Positions 36,536 to 49,658 of a DNA stretch of 64,000 nt are shown one piece after another. The notes under the pieces are model-generated. The model saw nothing but the letters and a program-made list of their open reading frames with translations. It was not told the origin of the DNA and ran no database searches. Source of the stretch: Mytilus californianus (Eukaryota); the NCBI RefSeq assembly GCF_021869535.1, contig NW_026262723.1, positions 93,434,001 to 93,498,000 on the forward strand. Reading direction: 5' to 3'. A program made the translations under genes and the position numbers. Numbering within the stretch: the stretch's first letter is position 1; each line of letters opens with the position of its first letter.

Positions 36536-39500
36536 TAATATATATATATTATATATAAATATATATATTATATATAAGATTGGCCTTGCTTACTAAGTAT
36601 ACATATTTGTACTATTTAATGTATTTTAATTATTAAAAACTTTTAAATATATACTGACAGCGTTGTGGTTGGCAAGAATAAAATGGAAATCAAATTTCTG
36701 TAACGGTTTGATTTGTTTAATAATATGAGTTTAATTGACGTTTAAGAATGTTGTTTACCCTTTAGGCTGTGTTGGATGTTTTATGTGTCATGAAATAGAA
36801 GTTCCTTTATAATATAATTTCCAAAAAGAAGAACTATTCTGTAATATTATTTCCACTGGAACGAATATTACAGTATTTGTTCCTTACTGAATAAAGGATA
36901 ACGAACAGTTGTTCCATCAGGAACAGATATTATGGCATTGTTTATAACAAAGTTTCCCGGGGGAAACTTCTGCTTGGCGGAATATTTGTAAAGAAAGCCG
37001 GTGACCCTATCATTTTTTTACATCATCAAAACGGAAATTTATGTATCAACAACATATAGTTTTTTAAGAAAAATCTATGTATTAGAAATTGGAGATTTGA
37101 TGATTTTAAGACAAATTTAAGAAAATTTTTCGCCGGTTTTATGTGCTTTCTATACAAATATTCACCTATTTTGAAAGAATTCAAACAGTAATATTTCAGA
37201 TAATAAAAGAGATAAATGCATTATTTATTCGATTTTCAGTTCTAGTTTAACGAGCCAAAGTTGTATACAAAATTTTAGAAAAATCTGTGACATAGCCCAT
37301 TTAGTGTAACTTGACCTTAAAACTTATCTATTTTAAAAAGTAAATAATGTACATGTATGTACTTTTATCGCCTAACTTTTCAATAAAATATTGTACTTAA
37401 TTGGCGGTTATGTGTTATTTAATCACTTCTTTCCTTTCTTGTCATAAACGGTCAGACAGTGGTATTTGAACAAGATAGTGAGTGTGTCCTCTAAGCACAG
37501 CAATACAAATGAAATCCTGCACTTTTGACCTGGAACACCATCACTTTGATAATTATCATTGGTAATTTTTACCAGAAACCTACCAAGACGCTGTAACGGA
37601 GATATTGCAAAATCAATCAATCAGGAATTCGACAAAATCAAGGAATTGTATATCATTTAGATATACAATTCCTTAATATCATGAATTGCTAAAAAATACA
37701 TAAAAGCAGTTGAAACGAATCCATACCGTTCACTTCTCACACTGAGTACTTTTATTTTTTTTTTCAATTTGTTTAGTTTGACGGGGAAAGGTGCTTGATA
37801 GTGTTATTAAGTGACCTTGAACATGCTTGAATAGATTGCATACATATAGTCCCGTTAATCTGTGATTGCTTTTTTCACAGCAAGTAAGTAATAGCATGTC
37901 AATTCTAAAGATATAAAAAGTCAAAAGTCCGAAAGAGAGCGAATGATATAGCAAAGAACAAAATGACATATTAGAATTATTTGTAATTATGAACTCGTAT
38001 AATATCTTAACATCCCATTAAGTCAATTGAACCAATTAGTTTATTTTAATAGCAGTGGTTGTCCTTGGTCAAATTGTTTTTTTCGTGTTGATAGTTGCTC
38101 TATTATACTCATATGTAACGAGTTTTTTGTAATTATAATGTCAAGGAATTTATTGAAGCAATGCATGCATATGTACTAAACTAAGTCCTCTTTGCACGTT
38201 TCTTAACATTCATTACAAATCCATAGCGTATAATCGACAAACAAATATTTCATTCAGTTATTGTTGATCGAAAACTTTGGCTGCTTATTAACTTTCGAGT
38301 TTTGATGCCGAAGTTTATGCTTATATATTTACAATGTCCTGTACTATTCATTTTATCTTGGAAACTGTTAAATTGGATAAAGAAGAAATATGTTATCTAA
38401 AACAAAACTGTAAATATAAGAATCAACCAAAAAAAAATGGTGTTTTTGGCATCGCTTTAGTCCTCATATCTCAGGGACTGCTGCAAAATCTACGAAAGTC
38501 ACGCAAAATCGTTGACATATTGACAAACGTTCTAATCAAGAGTAGCTCCAGGGAAAAATTCATTTAAATTAGATGATTTTTTCTCTGATAATAAGTCTTT
38601 GTATTTTTCCTTGATGCCTAAGAGATCGGGTATCGTAATATTTACCAAGCTGAAAATAAACTGATGTTATAGGAAATGGAAAACAAATATATATATAACT
38701 TCAAGAAAATAAAACTGTTTTTTTTTTCTTCAAAATTCATTCATTTGGGAAGGGGGTGTACAGCGAAGATATGTGTCCCTTTTGTTCAGAATTTACAAAT
38801 GCTTTAAACCCTATTGACACAATTAAAAAAAGCAATACGAAAACAAGACTTCATAATGAACAAAAAAAAACTAATGCTGAACAGATAACCTAGTGACAAC
38901 ACTGTTTTAGAACCATTTTCGTTTTTTTTTCAGAAATGGTTGGGATCAGAATCTTTATAATATATACCAGAGGACAGAATCGGTGTGTTAAAATTAAACT
39001 AAAACTAACAGTATAGGAACGAAACGGACGACAACAAAAAGAAAGACGGCACATTATCATCAAACAATCATACAATTTTCCTGTTGAATTATCAAAAAGT
39101 AAGAAAGTAAAATGTTTATTATATGCACCACTGCTGGTAAATGTGATATGTTCTGCAGTGCTCACTTTGTAAAATGTCAATTGCATCGACATACACAATG
39201 ATTTTTAAAAAAATGAACGAAAGGGCATCTTTTAATGTCAATTAAACTTTAATATACTGTGAAATGAAATGGTTAACGTGGTTAAAATTAAACATGCCAC
39301 AGTATGGAAAAACAAAGTTTGTTTTCAATTACAATATACTTGTAACTGAACCATTGTGGTTATATGACCAAGTTAACATTCTTTGAATAATCATGTATAT
39401 ATTCTTGTGTATAAATGGTATTTTTTTCAGCCACAGTTATTGTATATGTAATTACTAACCGGTGTTGCACCTAATGATAATCATCATTATAACATGCAAA

Positions 39501-40234
39501 TATGTGAAATTAAGTATTGCATAGGACAATTGTTAGTTTAAATGCTGAGTAACGTATAGACAAATTACCAAATCGTATTCTTACTTGTTAAACTTTCTAT
39601 TTGCCGTTATACATATCTTAAGTCTAATACAATGCTTCTTTGTAAATATATTATTATGAGGAACTACCAAAACATACATATTAACAATAAATTTTATATT
39701 TCAGTGCTTCGTGTCATATAATGTGTGTTCATTTAACTTCTGGTTGGTCGATCAAAGACAAGCTTGTAATTCTGGATACAGTAAAATATACATATATACC
39801 TAACAGTGACACCCACAAATCAATACTTTAAGATGTTGAGAAATTGTTTTTCGTAAAGATCAAATAACATATTTTTCAACAATATAAATGCAGATAATTT
39901 AAGCAGTCTGATTAAAATCAAACCTCTCATTTGCTATCGTTTATTCAGACTGATAATTGAAGTCGGAATATACCACTAAAATATATCATAGTATGTCTCC
40001 TGAACTAACAGCTATGAACTATCAAAGTACTGAAGTACTGAACATCGGATGACCGCAAGTTATTGTGGATGTCACAAGCACTTGTCTCAGAAAAAAAATC
40101 ACATCTTTATACCTGAAAGTGAGGTTAATGTACAGATGTATTTTTTTTCTAAGACAAGTTTTTGTGTAGAAGATAAATAAATGAAAGGGAATTCAACATC
40201 ACCTTAATAACTATTATATATATATATATATATA

Positions 40235-40613
40235 TATTAAAAGTCTAAATTGAAAACAACGTTCAAACCTATGATTGCGTTGGATAAAAACCGCAATTTT
40301 TATACGTGTGCATGTAAAACAAATTTCTTGGTAGAGGGGTCTAAATACAGCACAAACAACAATTTCCAAAAGACCAAAAAAAGTGAAAAAGTCTATTTTA
40401 ACAAAACGCATTTGACTAACAGGTCGAACAACTGATGTTCTTAAACCCTGCTGACTGCCATTGGCGATTGCCAAATAAATTGATCACCAGATCTTACAAA
40501 ATGGATCCTAATATTAATTAAATACCAAACAGAAAACAATAAACTAGTGGAAAAGATGGTATACCACAAACATGAGGTGCAAAAATTTGTACACCATATC
40601 CGGATTTCGACAA
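40235..40613 (-). mobile_element. Fourth copy of the second-family HHR repeat, truncated within the ribozyme
   Basis: The minus strand begins TTGTCGAAATCCGGATATGGTG (3' half of the 34108 HHR) and ends in (TA)n at 40215-40237. Confidence 0.85.
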
Positions 40614-40714
40614 TAAATTTATGAATGCAGATATATTAGAATGTGAGCTGTGTTATAAATGTTTTTATGGTATGACAGTCTTAGTAGGACATCCCTGTAG
40701 GACGATAAGCTGGA

Positions 40715-42780
40715 TAAATATAAGAACTACACGGACAATAACAGTTAAGGGACGACTATTTGATATTCTAGGGAAGGGATTTTGATTGATTGGTGTTTAA
40801 CGCTAATTTCAACACTAAGTTGGGCTATTCCATGGTGGTCAGTTTAAATTTATAGACGAAGGATGGGGAAGGGAAGAGCTAGGGTATTATTAACTTTTTT
40901 AATCTGTCGCTAATTATGTCTATATTTCAGCTTTTTTCCAGGCAACCATATTAATATATGAAATCCTCCTGTCCCCCACCCCAATAAATGAATAAATATC
41001 AAAATTGTTTTTCTTCTTATTTAACACAAGTTTAAATTGATTGATTGTTTGTTGCTAATTTTTAACGCCAAGTGAAAAATGTGTCATGCATGTTCAGGAC
41101 TCGGTTCAGGAAAACACGAGTTTAAAAGTCAGGTATATAATATAAAAACGAAGAGATGTATGATTGCTAATGAGGCAACTATCCACCGGAATTCAAATAT
41201 TAAGTGGATGTAAGCAATTATAGGCAACCGTAATTAAGGCCTTCAACAATGACAAAACCCGATACTGTATTAAAAGTCGTCTATAAAAGGCTCGACGTGA
41301 AAAGTGTGAGAAACAATTCAAACGAAAAAACTAACGGCCTAATTATACATAACAAAATAATTTACAAAATATCAAATATGAGTCGAGGCATAAACCAACG
41401 ACAACCACTAAACTATAGGCTCCTGACTTGGGACAGGCACACAAAGAATTTGGCAGGGTTGATATAAAAACGAAGATTGCCAATGAGACAACCCTTCACA
41501 AGAGACCAAATGACACAGCAATTAACAGCTATAGGTCACCGTACGGCCTTCAACAATAAGCAAAGCCCATACCGCATAGTCAGCTATAAAAGGCCCCGAA
41601 ATCACAAATGTAAAACAATTCAAACGAAAAAACTAACTGTCTAATTAATGTACAAAAAAAATGAACGAAAAACAAATATGTAACACAGCAACAAACGACA
41701 ACCACTAAATAACAGGCTCCCGACTTGGGACAGGCACATACATACAGAATGTGGCGGGTTTAAACATGTTAGCGGGATCCGGCCCAACCCGCCCCCTAAC
41801 CTTGGACAGTGGTGTAACAGTACAAGAACATGTTTGTGAGCGCTCAACCCTTCCGCCCGAAAGCTGGAACATTGGTGTAACAGTACAATATAAGAACAAC
41901 CTGCACAAATCAATTGTAATTAGATTAACTCAAAAGATCAGTACGAGACACACACAAAAAAAAAAACTTACATATAGACAATAGACACAAAGCACCGAAA
42001 TAAGAGTATTTGCAATTACTGGAAGTTTGTTCAAAGCTAATAACAACTAGTACTGAAATAAATCTTTTTCTCCCAGACTGAAGTATCAATCAATACACAA
42101 CCAACGGATTTATCAAAAAAAAAAGAAAAGAAAAAAACAGTCTGAGAAATGTCTGGTATGCATTGTATACTTGCATATTGATACATATACAATGAAAATT
42201 TTTGAAAAGTGGTGGTCCGAAGGTTTTGACCATCGAAATTTTGCAATAGAAATAATAGTTAGGACCAGAAGATTTTCTTCAAGGACCACCAGAGAAAAAT
42301 GATTTTGAGCACTTTCCGATATCTTTGCTTTATACAAAAATAATCCAGTTTGGTTACTTTAAAAAAATTGGATAGACAAGATGTCCTTTTTGATCATATT
42401 CGAGACAAACATTGACGAATTTTTGTGCAGTTTAAGATTATTCTTAAAAATCAAAAAGTGGGGGTTTAAGCCCGGCAGATTTGTCTAGCAAAATTGAGTT
42501 AGAGGAAAGAACAAAGAATAATGTCACGAACAGAGCACACTTTTACAGTCATGTTTACCGGACGTATCTTTTCTATAAAATCATCGTAAACTTCATTTAT
42601 GTCATCCAACATAGCAAAAATCTGCTATATTCGACGGCAAATTGAATTTTTGTTTTATTGATCTTCCGTAGAATATCTCCAGAAGAGGTCCAGATTCATT
42701 TTTTTGGACTCTTCACCAGAAGACATTCTGGAGATGTGCAGAAGAGACCAATAAAACACGCCCTAGATCTTCTCAATGTT
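40715..42780 (-). repeat. Right arm of the inverted segmental duplication (partner 13290-14905)
   Basis: Same sub-blocks in reverse order. Longer than the left arm because it carries an extra family A repeat copy. Confidence 0.9.
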
Positions 42781-42967
42781 TGTCCCATTTAAGCAAGGAC
42801 GCTATCAATTATGGATTCACGGGAAAACGTTCTGGTAAATAGTAAAATAGAAATAAGTTAAAATAAAAACAAAACTTCCATTTTTAAATGTTATCAATCA
42901 TTTCCATCCTTAAGTAGCAAACGACGAGTACAGCAGGCTATAGAAATTTGATGTAAAATTGGTTTAA

Positions 42968-43549
42968 GGTTCATGTGGACCCTTTGGCTAAAATGGCTGC
43001 GTTTTTACCTCAAAATTTACTCTGAGTACAGACAAACCTGTGCATCTGGAAAAAATTTAAGACATAGCATGCCCTAGATAAATAAAACTCAAATGCATTG
43101 TATGTTTTAGAAAATTTAAAACTTAACTAGATTTTGCAGTGCACTTTTTTTCGTCTCCGCAGAAGATGATAAAATTAACAAACAGTTGAGTTTCACTTGA
43201 TATGGTCCACTCAGGTACACAGTTTGAATCACCAATTATTGTCAGGTATCTATTGTCCATCTATTGTTCATGTCAATCAATACAGTTCACTTCAATTATT
43301 ACCTGTGGGGAAGTTCTCAAACCTTTTTCACAACTTAGTTTATTTTGCCACCTTCTGGAGGAATGAAAAAAAGTGCACTGCAAAATCCTGTTAAGTTTTT
43401 AATTTTCTAAAACATAAAATATATTTTAATTTTATTTATCTAGGGCATGCTATGCCTTAAAACTTTTCCAGATAAACAAGTTTGTCTGTACTCAGAGTAA
43501 ATTTTGAGGTGAAAATGCAGCTATTTTAGCCAAAGGGTCCACATGAACC
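42968..43549. mobile_element. 582-bp MITE with ~200-bp terminal inverted repeats, a TTAA target duplication and GG...CC termini (Kolobok type)
   Basis: TTAA|GGTTCATGTGGACCCTTTGGCTAAAAT ... ATTTTAGCCAAAGGGTCCACATGAACC|TTAA. Confidence 0.88.
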
Positions 43550-44752
43550 TTAAAATGTTGCTATGCGAATAAATTCCTGGAGTACCAACTTCAATTTATT
43601 TTTCTACTGGCTGTAAACCTCTCTGGAAAATGCTAATTATCCGTATATATATATATACAGCTAGATCAGAGAAAATCAGGGAAAAAATTCCAAAGGAATC
43701 GATTGATATGCAGTAAAGATTGACACTTTTGAAATTAAGTTACTAAGCAAATTCAAACGGACCTTATCTCGATGTAAACATTGAATGTAAATAGATCGAG
43801 AAGACCGCAAATACATGTACAAAAATCGAGACGACCTTTTCTTAAAATTGTATAAATAGTAGAAAGATACCTACTTTATAAGAATAGTTATCTTTAATTT
43901 CTTAATCTGCACAGACAGACTTTTAATTTTTTATATTCACGAAAAGACAATATTTCTCTATTGAATGAACACGTGACAAGAGCAGACCGGTGTGCTCGAT
44001 AACTTAGGTGTGAAAAAATAAGTATACTTTGGGAAATTGTAACATGCTAAGGACTATGTGGAACACTCCGAAAATTGGTGACCCGAAAGATTTTTAGATT
44101 TTGTATGTACATGATTTTTTCCAATTTTTTTGTATCAACATGCAGTAACGATTGGCATTTTTTAAATTTCAATTTCACAAGCTTCTAATGCAATGTATAT
44201 TTCTAATAACACAGTTTAACAAATAATTTCTTTAAAATGTACAATTATTATTTAGAAATAACTTTTGATCAGTATCGTCACCGGCATTGTTTTATTATTG
44301 ACTTTCTTGACTCTATCATAAGGAAAGTGAATTTTCTTTTGTTTTTGTTCACTAGATTTCCCACTGAGTGTTTTTTTTTTAGAAGCATGAAGTAAATCTG
44401 ATGCCACTTCCATCAATTTGAATAAACAAAAAAATCACATTTATATTTCTATGGTAATTACTGTTATTTCATATTTCCACCGTCAACCTGCAGTGTATAT
44501 AAATATCATTTATATTCCCCCTCACTCTGGCAATAATTGGGGTATTTTATAATCTATAATTAAACGACCTTGTTGACACGTTTGACGAAGGTGACCTTTC
44601 TTTTGATAATAAGTGTATATTGTACAAAGTCATTCTATAGGCAGCGACCACGTTAAAATGAAACCGCGTGCATTTAAAAAAAAAATCATATCTTCAAAAT
44701 ATGGAACCTTTTTTCTATCTGAAAAGTTCAATTTTCTTATTTCCTTAGTGCT

Positions 44753-44963
44753 CTAGTTAATTAATCATTACTGATATTTTCAAAATTCCGGGTGAAATCC
44801 GGTACAGTTTTTCAACCCACAAAACACTATACAAAAGAGCAACCTAAACTCCTTAATGTAAATGCTACCGTGCCATATAAACAGACCAGTGATTTGTGGG
44901 TTGAAAAACTGTACCGGATTTCACCCGGAATTTTGAAAATATCAGTAATGATTAATTAACTAG
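44753..44963. repeat. Perfect 71-bp inverted repeat with a 69-bp spacer
   Basis: 44753-44823 is the exact reverse complement of 44893-44963. No target-site duplication. Confidence 0.95.
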
Positions 44964-45548
44964 ATGTTTGTGTATCTGACCATTGTGATTGGACAAAAAA
45001 TACAGTCTACTGAAAATACTTTCCCAAGCTGAGGGATGAATCAGGTGTAGAAAAATATGAAATAATTTTACATACAGGTGAAAATGAATATTTGAGATTT
45101 TTTTTAAATTTTGTATTCACTGCATGATAAAAGACATAAAAACACTTAGTGGCCTTAAGTTTATAAAGATAGCAGAAAAAGTAAACGGTCATCATACATA
45201 TTCAGATTCATTTCAGGGAATACTACCGTGCGACCTTTAATGCTAAATCATGAGCTCCTTTTCATCTATTTTCATTTATACTTATTCGAGCAAAACTAAC
45301 TGTTATATTTTTTTTGTCTTTAATAACTTGAGAAGCATTTAACAAAGAACACATTTTGGGTCGCTTAAATATTCATTTTTAAATAATAAACATTGATTGA
45401 TTTTTCAAATCTTGATTGATAATTGACCTTTTTTATATGATTCATCTTCATTCAAAAAATATAGACGAACAGGTTTTCAGCCTTTCAAAAAGCAGGTTTG
45501 TGCTTGAGAATTTCTTTATTCCATTAACGCCCAAACTACATTTTCCAT

Positions 45549-47815
45549 GGTACCAGACATACAGATTTACCTATAAATTCAATCAGTGACCTTGATTTAT
45601 TGAGAGCACTATATTCCACTAGTACCAGACACACTGAGAAGCCATCAGTGAACAGACTTCCTGAGAACGCTAAAAACTATCAGTGTTCAGATATATCGAG
45701 AAGGCATCAGTGAACAGACTTCATGAGAACGCTAGATTCTATCAGTGACCATACATATTGAGAAGACATCAGTGAACAGACCTCATGAGAACGCTAGATT
45801 CTATCAGTGACCAGACATATTGAGAAGGCATTAGTGAATATACTTACTGAGAACGATAGATTCTATCAGTGACCAGACATATTGAGAAGGCATCAGTGAA
45901 CAGACTTCATGAGAACGATAGATTCTATCAGTGACCAGACATATTGAGAAGGCATTAGTGAATATACTTACTGAGAACGCTAAAATCTATCAGTGACCAG
46001 ACTTACTGAGAAGGCATCAGTGAACAGACTTCTTGAGAAGGCCAGAACCTATCAATTACCAGGCATATTGAGAAGGCATCAGTGAACAGACTTCTTGAGA
46101 ACGCCAGAATCTATCAATTACCAGGCATATTAAGAAGGCATCAGTGAACAGACTTCATGAGAACGCTTGATTCTATCAATTACCAGGCATATTGAGAAGT
46201 CATCAGTGAACAGACTTCTTGAAAACGCTTGATTCTATCAATTACCAGTCATATTGAGAAGGCATCAGTGAACAGACTTCCTGAAAACGCTTGATTCTAT
46301 CAATTACCAGGCATATTGAGAAGTCATCAGTGAACAGACTTCTTGACAAGGCCAGAATCTAGGAATTACCAGGCATATTGAGAAGGTATCAGTGAACAGA
46401 CTTCTTGAGAACGCCAGAATATATCAATTACCAGACATACTGAGGAGGCATCAGTGAACAGACTTCGTTAGAACGACAGAATCTATCAATTACCAGACAT
46501 ATTGAGAAGGCATCAGTGAACAGACTTTCTATCAGTGACCAGACATATTGAGAAGGCATCAGTGAACAGACTTACTGAGAACGCTAGAATATATATCAGA
46601 GACCAGACATATAGTGAGAAAGCATCAGTGAACAAGCTTACTGAGAACGCTAGATTCTATCAGTAAACATACATGCTGAGAATGACAGAATCCATCATTG
46701 ACAATTTATATCAACAACGTTAGATTGCATCAATACGGACACAGATTTATTGAAGGCACTACATTTCATCAATACCAGACATTGAGAAGGTTGTATTTCA
46801 TAAACAGACGTACTGAGAATGTTAGATTTGATAAGTGACCTGACATAAATAGAATGCTAAATTACACCAGTGTCCTGACATACAGAGAAGGCTATATTCC
46901 ACCAGTGTCCTGATATACTTGATATACAGAGAAGGCTTGATTCCACCAGTGACCTAACATACAGAGAAGGCTATATTCCACCAATGTCCTGATATACAGA
47001 AAATGCTATATTCCTGACCTACAAAGAAGGCTATATTCCACCAGTGACCTGATATACGTAGAATGCTAGATTCCACCAGTGACCTGACATACGTAGAATG
47101 CTAGATTTCACCAGTGACCTGACATACAGAGAAGGCTAGCTTCCACCAGTGACCTGGCATACAGAGAATGCTAGATTCCACCAGTGACCTGACATACAGA
47201 GAAAGCTAAATTCCACCAGTATCCTGACATACACAGAAGGCTAAATTCGACCAGTGTCTTGACATAATGAGAAAGCTAGATTCTATCAGTGTCCTGACAA
47301 ACGTAGAAGGCTAGATTTCATCACCGATCAGACTTTCTGAGAAGATCATCAGTTGCCAGACATGCCGACAATACTACTCTCCATCAGACAGTGACCTGAC
47401 AAACTGTGAACCCTACTATCCGGCATGATTAGAACGTTAGATCCAATCAATAACTCGACATACTGAGAACAGTTTATTCCAAACATAACCGAACATTATG
47501 AGAAGGTCAGTTTCCATTAGTGACTCAACATACTGAGAAGGTTATATTTCATCAGTTATTTAAAATACAATGAGTACGCTAGATGCCATCAGCAATTTGA
47601 CATACTGATAACAATAACTTCCATCCGTAATTTCACATACTGACAACTATAGCCATGATTCCATCAGTAATTTGACATACACTGAGAACGGTCGATTTCA
47701 TCACTGAACAGACGCAATGAGAAAGCCAGATTCCATACGGGACCTAACATAACGAGAAGGCTAATAATACTACTGACCAGACAAATTGAGAACTTTTGAT
47801 CGCATCAGTGACAAA
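45549..47815. repeat. Compound satellite: 62-bp dimeric units (45630-46660) grading into 35-bp monomers (46850-47310) and decayed flanks
   Basis: The 62-mer is GAGAAGGCATCAGTGAACAGACTTCAT (27) plus GAGAACGCTAGATTCTATCAGTGACCAGACATATT (35). The monomer is CTAGATTCCACCAGTGACCTGACATACAGAGAATG. Confidence 0.9.
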
Positions 47816-48832
47816 ACATTTTGAAATCGGTAGATTTATAAACATAATGTTTAAATTTATAATAATATGTTAGATTTTTTTTTTATTTAAATGCAAGCAA
47901 TATATGTTTGTTCAATTTTAAAAAGAAATTTATATTTGAAAAAAAAAATTAATATCTGTTATGGAATAATATTTCTTTCAATCTGTAACATTTTATATGT
48001 TGATGTTATTCAATATTAAGTGAAGACAGTTGTCGTCCTTTCAGCAGTATGTCGTTGTACCTATGCTATTATTGACATGTTCATAATTCAGCTTTCTTTA
48101 ATAAAATATTTCGTATTTCGTAAGTCATTGGAAATCGGTATACAAACGACACGTGTATTTCTAGATTAATCGTCAAAAGACATATACTTATGATATTTAA
48201 ATACACCAAAAAGCAAAGGCAAATATTTAAACCAAGGCTTAAAGAGAACATCGAAAACCATTTAAGGTCAGCTTTGACGGAGAGAGTTACAACCTTAGTT
48301 TTAGTACAATTACAAAGTCGTTTTGGTACAACCGTTTTGGTCTAATCTTCAAGTTACTGTTAAAACAAGGAGTTGACTGGCCAACTCGATAAATAATATT
48401 ACCATTTTGTGTTGAATTTAGTATAATAGGCTTGCAAATAGTAAAAAAAAATAAAATTGAAATTAAAATACCCAAATTTATGATACTCGATTATCTCATT
48501 TTCACGCATAAACGTCATGTCCAACTTGTCACTTCTGTGCACAAAATATCAATAGGCTGTGTCTATATATTTCATATGTTATTCTCCAATTGTGGTAAAA
48601 CTTGGCAAGACTATCTATTTTGATATGATTATTGTAATGGGAAAACAAATCATTTTTTTCTGAAACCAAAAATTGGGAAATGGCATAGATGAAAATGGTC
48701 TGAAAAATATCCAAGAAATTTCAAGGAACGCAACTATCCGGTTGTTGCATTTTTATCGTGGCATAGGAAAGTCTGAGAGAAAAAAATAGTATTAAAGAAC
48801 ATTTAATGTATTCCTGGTTAAGGATGTTTTCT

Positions 48833-49066
48833 TGCAGGAAACATTAGTATTGTTACTACATCAATGACTCCTGCAGGACATATTAGTATTGTTACTACAT
48901 CAATGACTCCTGCAGGAAATATTAGTATTGTTACTACATCAATGACTCCTGCAGGAAATATTAGTATTGTTACTACATCAATGACTCCTGCAGAAAATAT
49001 TAGTATTGTTACTACATCAATGACTCCTGCAGGAAATATTAGTATTGTTACTACATCAATGACTCC
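48833..49066. repeat. 39-bp minisatellite, 6 near-identical copies
   Basis: 234 bp = 6 x TGCAGGAAATATTAGTATTGTTACTACATCAATGACTCC. Confidence 0.95.
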
Positions 49067-49512
49067 AAAAAGGTTTAGCCATCTTGTCACAGCGAAAAAA
49101 AAGCGAGATTTTGACCGACTGTATTTCAAATATGCATGGTTGGATAATAGAAAAGAAAAAATGGTGGTAAAGGTACTCAACTTTTTTTAAATTTCAGACT
49201 AAAATATAAGTTTTTTTTCGTCAGGAAACATGTTTTTCTGACCAAATAAAAAACGATATAGCAATTGTGTCACAACGTCCTCAAACCGTACTTGCATCAT
49301 GCTCTTGTTATAAATATATATTATTGAGATTATTTGTTCTACTTTAATTCCAATAAAACTATGAAATGAAAGTTATTGTATAAGGCACGTATATTAACAA
49401 ACAAGTATAATTATTCTATTGCAAGGTAAGCGTTGATCAGGTGAGATCAAAAAAATATCGGGATCATTCAACTAATCAATGATCGTTTACTAGTACACTT
49501 TCATTTAAGAAT

Positions 49513-49658
49513 TGAATGCTTCTTTTTGTAAATTTATTGGGGTGTAAAAGCGTTGACCGAAGTACATTTTGTATGAAGCGCGGACGCGCTTCATTTAAAA
49601 ATGTGCGCACGGTCAACGCTTTTACAACCCTATAAAATTACCAAAAAGAAGCATTGAA
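49513..49658. mobile_element. Fold-back palindromic element
   Basis: Arms AATGCTTCTTTTTG...GTAAAAGCGTTGACCG and its reverse complement around a GAAGCGCGGACGCGCTTC centre. Confidence 0.75.

Noticed and set aside
36975-37320. Possible third TTAA/Kolobok element ending GTAACTTGACC|TTAA
   Set aside because: No matching left terminus was found.
13290-42780. Giant cargo-carrying DNA transposon with the inverted arms as TIRs
   Set aside because: The outer ends fade out without sharp termini or a target duplication, the arms are diverged, and no transposase or integrase is encoded inside.
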